Positions 57,259 to 64,000 of a DNA stretch of 64,000 nt are shown piece after piece. Both the position numbers and the translations under genes were made by a program. The notes under the pieces were generated by a model. The model did not search any database. It worked only from the letters and a program-made list of their open reading frames with translations, and was not told the DNA's origin. Position 1 is the stretch's first letter. Each line of letters opens with the position of its first letter. The DNA is from Candidatus Latescibacterota bacterium (GTDB lineage Bacteria > Latescibacterota > UBA2968 > GCA-2709665), in assembly GCA_965116875.1 (NCBI GenBank), contig OZ220733.1:3936001-4000000 (forward strand), in the 5' to 3' direction.

Positions 57259-57283
57259 CAGGTCGTCAGGATTATCCTTTCCA

Positions 57284-60200
57284 GTGGAACTGACCACGAG
57301 ATATCTCTGCATCGCGCTTGTACTCTTCGGCCTGTCGGCCGGATGCGAATCCGACCTCCCATCGCCGGGCAGCGAGGCATACCGGCAGGCGGTTGCCGAT
57401 TTCTATACCGGCCTGGCGGCCCTGGACGTGGGGGCTCACGAACGGGCCGCCGCCGCGCTGACCCGGATGACCGAAATGATCCCCGGCGAGCCCGCGGGGT
57501 GGGCGAATCTGGCCCTGCTGCAGTTCTCGCTGGGCAGGGATGAAGAAGCGATCAGATCGATGGAGCGCGCACAGGGACTCGCGCCGGAGAACGCTGAGTT
57601 CGCACTTTCGATGGGGACATTCGAGAGCCGCCGAGGCCGCGTGGATGAAGCGGTTTTTCACCTTCGGCGTGCATCGAGCCTGGCCGGCCCGGGTCACCTC
57701 AAGGCAGGCTACGCGCTGGCGCGTGAACTGGAACGGAAAGGAGATACGGCGGGTGCGGTTGACGTGGTGGTGGGTTTGCTCGGCGAGGCGCCGGAGAACC
57801 AGGCGCTCCTGCTCGAACGGATCCGGCTGGCGGCAAAGGCGCAGGATTCCGAAGGGATGAGAAAGTCTGTTTCGCGGATCGCCCAACGGACCGACGGATG
57901 GCCGGAAGCGGCGAGAGAACAGTTGCAGGCGCTGGCGAATGCGGAATCGGACTTCAGGCTCGCCGCGAGGCACGCGGCATTCCTGCACAACGCGCTGCTG
58001 CGAACGCCGGTTTTCCGCCGGGACATGAGTCGGGTGCGTCTCCCCGCGCAGGCGGCGGGAGAACCGGTGCGGCGGTTCGTGAAGATGCGAAGTCCGTCCG
58101 CGGATCCGGCGCCGGCGGATACCTCGCTCTCTTTCGTTTCGGAGAACATTGACCGCGTTTCAGGCGGTACCATGCTTGGCATCGCCTGGGCGGATACGCC
58201 GGTCGCGCTGATGGCTGCGGAGGGTTCCGTCCGCTGGCTGGACTCCTCGGGAGGAACCGTACCAACGCCCGCATCCGGCGGTGTCGGCGAGCGCGGTCTG
58301 CTGTCCGTGGACTGGAACAACGACTTTGAAATGGATCTGGTTGTTGCGGGCGGTGGCGGCGTTCGTCTGTACCGACAGGGCGGCGACGGAGCGCTGTCGG
58401 ACGCGACCGGCGGCGCCGGGCTCGACCCGGAGGTGACAACGGCATCCTATGAGGGCGCGTGGCCGGCAGACATTGAAATGGACGGGGACCTGGATCTTGT
58501 GCTTGGAGGTCCGGAAAAATGCCTGGTCTTGCGCAACAACGGCGACGGTACGTTTGCGGTCGTCCGGCCCTTCGACCGTGTATCGGGCATGCGGGACTTC
58601 GAATGGACGGATCTCGACGGCGACGGCGTTCCCGATGCGGCGATGGTGGACGACGGGGGCCGGTTGGTTGTCTTTCTCAATGAGCGAAGCGGGTCGTTCG
58701 AGCGTTCGTACGAAGGTCCGGACCAGGCGGATGCGCTTGCGTCCGGGGACGTGGACGGCGACGGCAGCCTGGACCTGTTGATCCTGAACAGGCGAGGCGG
58801 CGTATCGTCGATATCGCGCCGCGATGGCCGCTGGGACGTCCGTGAGCTGGTCAGCACGGTGGATCTTGCAACGACGGCGCGTCTGTTTCTGGCCGATCTC
58901 GACAACAACGGACAACTGGACCTGGTCGCCAGCGGCGAGGCGGAAGGGGTTTACTGGCTGGGGGATACGGGGAATTCCTGGCGTCGCAATGCCCTGCCGG
59001 ACGGCGTTCGGGTCTTCGAGATTTCGGACATGAACGGTGACGGACGCCTCGACCTGCTGGGGCTTTCCGAAGACGGGGCGCCGCGGCTGCTCGTGAACCG
59101 GGGCAACCGGAATTACCACTGGCAGGTCGTACGGCCGCGGGTGAGGGCGGTCCGGGGGGACGGGAGGATCAACTCATATGCCCTGGGCGGGGAGGTGTTG
59201 CTGCGTTCCGGTCTTCTGGCGCAGCGCCGTGCGATCCGGGCGCCTGTGGTTCATTTCGGTTTGGGCGAATACGATCTGGCGGACGTGGTGCGGGTGCAGT
59301 GGCCGAACGGTACCGTTCAGGCGGAGTTCGAACTGGCGGCCGACCAGACGATTCTGGCACAGCAGCGTCTGAAAGGGTCCTGCCCCTGGGTGTTCGCCTT
59401 CGATGGCAAAGAAATGGCCTTCATTAAGGACTTTCTCTGGCGGTCGCCGCTTGGGATGCGGATCAACGCGCAGGTGACGGCGGGGGTGTCTCAGACGGAG
59501 GACTGGATCCTGATCCGGGGAGAGGAACTGGCGTCACGGGATGGGTTCTACGATATCCGCATCACCTCCGAACTGTGGGAAACCCAGTTCGTGGACTGGG
59601 TCGAGTTGATGGTCGTGGACCATCCGCCGGACATCACCGTATTTGTGGACGAACGGTTTGCGATGCAGCAACCGGAATTGAAGGTGATTGCAACGGGAAC
59701 GCCTGTGGCCGTCCACGCGGCGCGGGACGACGCGGGGCGGGACGTCTCGGCAACGGTTAACGCAAGGGACATGCGCTACCTCGACACGTTCGCTGTGGGA
59801 AGATACCAGGGTGTCGCTGCCGATCACTGGGTTGAATTCGATTTGCCCCACGCGGCGGAAAGCGGCGGAGGGTGGCTGATCGGTCACGGATGGATCTATC
59901 CGACGGACAGTTCGATCAACGTCGCGATGGGGCATGGCGCGGATGTAAGACCCCGGGGGCTGCGGCTGGACGCGCTCCGAAGCGACGGCGCGTGGGAATC
60001 CGTGAAACCGGACCTCGGCTTTCCCGCCGGCAAGTTCAAGACGATCGCGATCGACCTGGCGGGCGTGGCGTCCACACGGTTGCGCCTTCGCACGAACCTC
60101 GAGATCTACTGGGACTGGCTGGCGTGGGCAGCGCGCGCAGACGGAGCGCGGGTGAGGACGCGTCGGGTCGGATCCCGGACCGCGGCGCTGAGGGGCCGTG

Positions 60201-60652
60201 GGTTCTCGAAGATCTCGCATCCGGATCGGCGTTCTCCCGACGTCCCTCTGTATTCCGCGGCCGTAAACACGGCGGCGCGGTGGTGGGACCTGAGGGGATA
60301 CCACACCCGATTCGGGGATGTGCGTCCCCTGCTTGCGGAAGTAGACGACCGGTATGTGATCATGAACGCCGGGGATGAACTTGTGCTGCGCTTCCCCGAT
60401 CCCGGGCCCCCGCCGGACGGCTGGGTGCGGGATTTCGTGCTGATGGGCGACGGCTGGGTGAAGGACGGAGATTACAATACGGCGTTTTCCGAGACGGTGC
60501 TGCCGCTGCCCTCCCACGCGTGGTCGTCGTACGAAACGCCGCCGGGCCGGCTGGAGGAGGACCCCGTCTACCGCCGCAACCCCGCGGACTGGCAGGAATA
60601 CCACACCCGGTACGTCTCGCCGGAGATTTCCGGGATGCACACCGGCAGATAA
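57284..60652 (+). CDS. TPR + FG-GAP/VCBS + ASPIC/UnbV domain lipoprotein
   Basis: Lipobox LSAGC, TPR helices, DxD/NxDGxxD repeats, VHFGLG..VRVQWPNG, RLKGSCPW, GDGWVKDGD. Probable GTG start at 57284. Confidence 0.85.
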   Translation: MELTTRYLCIALVLFGLSAGCESDLPSPGSEAYRQAVADFYTGLAALDVGAHERAAAALTRMTEMIPGEPAGWANLALLQFSLGRDEEAIRSMERAQGLAPENAEFALSMGTFESRRGRVDEAVFHLRRASSLAGPGHLKAGYALARELERKGDTAGAVDVVVGLLGEAPENQALLLERIRLAAKAQDSEGMRKSVSRIAQRTDGWPEAAREQLQALANAESDFRLAARHAAFLHNALLRTPVFRRDMSRVRLPAQAAGEPVRRFVKMRSPSADPAPADTSLSFVSENIDRVSGGTMLGIAWADTPVALMAAEGSVRWLDSSGGTVPTPASGGVGERGLLSVDWNNDFEMDLVVAGGGGVRLYRQGGDGALSDATGGAGLDPEVTTASYEGAWPADIEMDGDLDLVLGGPEKCLVLRNNGDGTFAVVRPFDRVSGMRDFEWTDLDGDGVPDAAMVDDGGRLVVFLNERSGSFERSYEGPDQADALASGDVDGDGSLDLLILNRRGGVSSISRRDGRWDVRELVSTVDLATTARLFLADLDNNGQLDLVASGEAEGVYWLGDTGNSWRRNALPDGVRVFEISDMNGDGRLDLLGLSEDGAPRLLVNRGNRNYHWQVVRPRVRAVRGDGRINSYALGGEVLLRSGLLAQRRAIRAPVVHFGLGEYDLADVVRVQWPNGTVQAEFELAADQTILAQQRLKGSCPWVFAFDGKEMAFIKDFLWRSPLGMRINAQVTAGVSQTEDWILIRGEELASRDGFYDIRITSELWETQFVDWVELMVVDHPPDITVFVDERFAMQQPELKVIATGTPVAVHAARDDAGRDVSATVNARDMRYLDTFAVGRYQGVAADHWVEFDLPHAAESGGGWLIGHGWIYPTDSSINVAMGHGADVRPRGLRLDALRSDGAWESVKPDLGFPAGKFKTIAIDLAGVASTRLRLRTNLEIYWDWLAWAARADGARVRTRRVGSRTAALRGRGFSKISHPDRRSPDVPLYSAAVNTAARWWDLRGYHTRFGDVRPLLAEVDDRYVIMNAGDELVLRFPDPGPPPDGWVRDFVLMGDGWVKDGDYNTAFSETVLPLPSHAWSSYETPPGRLEEDPVYRRNPADWQEYHTRYVSPEISGMHTGR

Positions 60653-60666
60653 CCATCGAGTGATCC

Positions 60667-62421
60667 ATGTCACGTCGAATGGTCCATGGCGTTATGTTCG
60701 CCGTCTTCGCGCTGCTTTTGGCGGTTCCCGTCGTGCGCGGTCTGTGGCCGCCGCCGGAAAGAGCGGCGCATTACGGGTTTTCGCTCGAGGAAGTGGCGCG
60801 CGAATGCGCAGTCCATTTCGTGCACCGGGGACCCACGCTGGATGCGAAGCTGAACCATATCATGCCGCACGTCGCCGCGATGGGCGCGGCGGTGTCCGTG
60901 GCGGATTTCGACCGCGACGGCTGGCAGGACCTCTACGTGACCAACAGCGGCGAGGGTTCCGCGAATCGGCTGTACCGCAATCTCGGAGACGGTCGGTTCG
61001 AAGACGTGGCGGGAGCGCTGGGCGTGGCAGACCTGAATCAGCCGGGTACCGGGGTCTCCGTCGGCGCGGTCTGGGGAGACTATGACAACGACGGCTTCGA
61101 GGACCTGTTCGTGTACAAATGGGGTCGCCCTGAGTTGTTTCGCAACGCGGCCGGACGAAGGTTCACGCGGGTGACGGAAGAGGCGGGGTTGCCGGGCTGG
61201 ATCAACGCCGGCAGCGCCGTCTGGCTGGATTACGACTGCGACGGGCTGCTGGATCTGTTCATCGCCGGATACTGGCCGGACGGGCTGGACCTCTGGCATC
61301 TTGAATCCACCCGCATGATGCCGGAGAGTTTCGAATATGCGGAGAACGGCGGTCGGAAGTACCTGTTGCGCAATCGGGGCGACGGGCGGTTCGAGGACGT
61401 TGCGGAAAAGCTGGGCATTCGGAGCCGGCGCTGGACCCTTGCCGTGGCGGCGGGGGACCTGAACGGTTCCGGTTACCCGGACCTGTTCCTGTCCAACGAC
61501 TATGGCGTTTCGGAGCTATACCGGAACCAGGGCGGGAAGGCCTTCGAGGAAGTCGGGCGCCGGGCGGGCGTCGGATACCAGCCCAAGAGCGGAATGAACG
61601 CGGCATTCGGGGATGTGTTGAATCAGGGCAGGCTGGCGATCTATGAGACCAATATCTCGGAGGCCGGGATTCTGCTTCAGGGCAACAACCTCTGGATCGC
61701 CCGGCAGGGTGACGACCTGGCGTTCGAAAACCTCGCGCAGGTGATGGGCGTGGAACTGGGCGACTGGAGTTTCGGCGCGCAATTCGGAGATCTCAATAAC
61801 GACGGGCGGCTGGATCTGTATCTGACCAACGGCTACGTGTCCGCCGCGGAGTCGGATAGCTATTGGTACGACTTTTCCCAGGTTGCCGGAGGACACAGGG
61901 CGATCATTTCGGACGCGAAGAACTGGCCGGCGATGAAGGGACGCAGCCTCGCCGGCTATCAGAGAGCGCGCGTATGGGTGAACGACGGGATGGGACGGTT
62001 TGAAGACGCGGCGCCGGCTGTCGGCGTGGACGACCGGTACGACGGCCGCGCGGTTGCGCTGGCGGATCTCTGGAACCGCGGGGTGCTGGACGTCGTGGTG
62101 GCCAACCAGCGCGGTCCGCTCCTGATATACAGAAACTCGGTGAGTACCGAAAGACAGTGGGTCGGTTTCGAACTTGCCGGCGGGACAAGCAATCGAAGCG
62201 CGATCGGGGCGCAGGTACGGCTGTTCTGGAACGGACAGGAGCAGATGCAGGAAGTGTCCGGTGGCAGCGGCTTTTCGTCACAGAATCAGAGACGGTTGCA
62301 TTTCGGGCTGGGCGTCGATCCGTCGCTGGAGAAGGCGGTTGTGACGTGGCCGTCGGGACGGCGCAGGACAATGGAAGACCTGGCGTTGAACGTCTATCAC
62401 CGCGTCGAGGAACCGCAGTAG
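60667..62421 (+). CDS. CRTAC1 / ASPIC-UnbV family protein
   Basis: N-terminal TM/signal, ADFDRDGWQDLYVTN repeats, MPESFEYAENGG, NRSAIGAQV, SGFSSQNQRRLHFGLG, VTWPSG. Confidence 0.9.
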   Translation: MSRRMVHGVMFAVFALLLAVPVVRGLWPPPERAAHYGFSLEEVARECAVHFVHRGPTLDAKLNHIMPHVAAMGAAVSVADFDRDGWQDLYVTNSGEGSANRLYRNLGDGRFEDVAGALGVADLNQPGTGVSVGAVWGDYDNDGFEDLFVYKWGRPELFRNAAGRRFTRVTEEAGLPGWINAGSAVWLDYDCDGLLDLFIAGYWPDGLDLWHLESTRMMPESFEYAENGGRKYLLRNRGDGRFEDVAEKLGIRSRRWTLAVAAGDLNGSGYPDLFLSNDYGVSELYRNQGGKAFEEVGRRAGVGYQPKSGMNAAFGDVLNQGRLAIYETNISEAGILLQGNNLWIARQGDDLAFENLAQVMGVELGDWSFGAQFGDLNNDGRLDLYLTNGYVSAAESDSYWYDFSQVAGGHRAIISDAKNWPAMKGRSLAGYQRARVWVNDGMGRFEDAAPAVGVDDRYDGRAVALADLWNRGVLDVVVANQRGPLLIYRNSVSTERQWVGFELAGGTSNRSAIGAQVRLFWNGQEQMQEVSGGSGFSSQNQRRLHFGLGVDPSLEKAVVTWPSGRRRTMEDLALNVYHRVEEPQ

Positions 62422-62425
62422 CAAG

Positions 62426-64000
62426 CTACGCTTCTGCTTGCCGGTCAGCGTTCCTGCCGAATACGATCAGAATCGCGGGGATGATCGCCAGGCCGATCAG
62501 CAGCCCGCACCACACCGGATAGAAAAAGGTCGCTCCGATGTACCCTGTGAGCGCGGCGATGCCCATTGTGGTCAGGGCGTAAGGAAACTGGGTCCTCACG
62601 TGGTCCAGATGGTCGCATGACGTGGCGAGGCTGGACATAACGGTCGTGTCGCTGATCGGGGAGCAGTGATCGCCGAAGATTGCGCCATCCAGTACGGCGG
62701 CGGCGGCGAGAATCGTGAGCGGAAAGCCGCCCAGGCTGTGCGCAAGGGGAACGGCGGTGGGGATGAGAATCGCCATGGTCGCCCAGGACGTCCCGATAGA
62801 GAAGGCGATCGACGCCGCCAGGAGAAAGATGAGCAGAGGCAGCAGGCCGGGCGCCGCGATCGGCGATAGCGCTGCGGCAAGATACGTGGATGTACCGAGG
62901 TCCTTGCAGACCGCCTGAATGGCCCAGGCCATGACCAGGATGGCGATGGCATAGTGGATGCCCGTGACGCCCTGCGCCCAGGTTGTCAACGCCGCCAGCG
63001 GTCGAATGGGGGCGGGTCCTCCGGCGGGACGGCGCCTGGCAACCGCGATGACGAGCGCGACTGCGGAACCCAGTATGGCGGAAAGGAAGAGCACCCGTGC
63101 GTTGTCGGCGTTGGAGAAACATGCGGTCCAGTACGAGATGCTGAAGAGCGAGCTTGCAAGCCGTATCGGCCGGACGTTTGGATCGTTCCATGTGTCCGCG
63201 GCCATGCCGCCAATGACCGCGGCGACGACCATCAGAACAGGTGCGGCCGCGGCCCACCACGCGGGCTGAACGCCGTCGGCGGGCAGGACCTCCCTGCTGC
63301 GCCGCACCGCCAGCGGCGCAGCGCCCGGCCGGAGTACCTGTCCGGTCGTCCTTGCGCGGTATTCCGCACGGTACATGGGTCCGTAGTCCCGCTGGAGCCA
63401 GGCTGACGCGACGACGAATGCAAGCGTAAAGAGGCAGTAGAATCGAAACGGGAGGGCATGGAAGAAGAGCTGGTAGCCGGATACGCCTGTGCCGAGATCT
63501 CGCATGAGGTCGCCGAAGAGTCCAACCTCGAATCCGATCCAGGTGCTGATGACCGCGACGCCCGCGACCGGAGCGGCCGTGGAATCCACGATGTACGCGA
63601 GTTTTTCGCGGGAGATCCGGAACCGGTCGGCCATAGGACGAAACGTGGTGCCCACCACGATCGTATTGGCGTAGTCATCGAAGAATATCGCCAGCCCCAT
63701 GAAGAATGCGGCCAATCGTGTGGACCTCGCGCCTTCCGATCGGGAGGCAAGGAGTGCGGCTATACCCTGGTTGCCCCCCGCCAGCGACGTGACCCTTACC
63801 ATGCCGATCAGGGCAGCCGTAAAGCCGAGAATGTACAGCTGAAACGACGATCTGAGCGGCGTCCAGACGTAACTCACGGCTGCTCTTTCGAAGGCGGCGA
63901 ACGGGAGCAAATGGATCGGGGCATTTCCGGCCGTGAGGAAGCCGCCACAGAGAACGGCCAGGGACAGTCCCAGGAGAACACGTCCGCTGAAAATGGCAAC
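62426..64000 (-). CDS. Na+/H+ antiporter NhaC family protein (5' end beyond the window)
   Basis: IFFDDYAN, ISREKLAYIVDSTAAP, FSIGTSWATMAI, GAIFGDHCSPISDTTVMSS...DHLDHV.TQ.PYA. The frame stays open to position 64000. Confidence 0.92.
   Translation of the reverse strand, partial: VAIFSGRVLLGLSLAVLCGGFLTAGNAPIHLLPFAAFERAAVSYVWTPLRSSFQLYILGFTAALIGMVRVTSLAGGNQGIAALLASRSEGARSTRLAAFFMGLAIFFDDYANTIVVGTTFRPMADRFRISREKLAYIVDSTAAPVAGVAVISTWIGFEVGLFGDLMRDLGTGVSGYQLFFHALPFRFYCLFTLAFVVASAWLQRDYGPMYRAEYRARTTGQVLRPGAAPLAVRRSREVLPADGVQPAWWAAAAPVLMVVAAVIGGMAADTWNDPNVRPIRLASSLFSISYWTACFSNADNARVLFLSAILGSAVALVIAVARRRPAGGPAPIRPLAALTTWAQGVTGIHYAIAILVMAWAIQAVCKDLGTSTYLAAALSPIAAPGLLPLLIFLLAASIAFSIGTSWATMAILIPTAVPLAHSLGGFPLTILAAAAVLDGAIFGDHCSPISDTTVMSSLATSCDHLDHVRTQFPYALTTMGIAALTGYIGATFFYPVWCGLLIGLAIIPAILIVFGRNADRQAEA

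Noticed and set aside
57068-57283. 72-aa N-terminal extension of the ASPIC lipoprotein in the ORF track
   Set aside because: It runs through MITE B and would bury the lipoprotein signal; GTG 57284 gives a normal signal peptide.
57284-62421. Enediyne biosynthetic cluster
   Set aside because: No PKSE, thioesterase or other cassette genes in the window; the ASPIC/UnbV domain alone is widespread.

Overview
A GC-rich, gene-dense bacterial window with about 45 CDS. I saw no rRNA, tRNA, CRISPR array or transposase. The gene content (GWxTD protein, ASPIC/UnbV pair, ankyrin and NHL lipoproteins, PhyH dioxygenase, two hydantoinase/oxoprolinase pairs, heparinase II/III-like protein) suggests a diderm heterotroph of the Latescibacterota/Gemmatimonadota type, possibly host- or sponge-associated; this is inference only. 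Five things stand out. (1) A secreted outer-membrane beta-barrel gene (27884-28858) has its signal peptide separated from the body by one in-frame TGA, followed by a SECIS-like hairpin. It is a candidate new selenoprotein, downstream of NHL-lipoprotein and TlpA genes. (2) A methylated-amine/C1 cluster (29738-41304: mgsC/glxD-like, tdm, amt-like, fhs, gmaS) lacks tmm, dmm and mgsAB in this window. It instead carries an atypical acyl-CoA-dehydrogenase-fold gene coupled to tdm, a flavin reductase and two small unknown proteins, which may form an undescribed amine-oxidising module. (3) A DMFase-like amidohydrolase gene set. (4) A plant-type hydroxypyruvate reductase. (5) Non-coding structure: two MITE families, a GTAG-type REP pair, an orientation-switching 8-bp periodic array, an inverted repeat abutting the amt RBS, and a stranded ankyrin-repeat relic. 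All family calls come from motif recognition by eye; no database searches were run.
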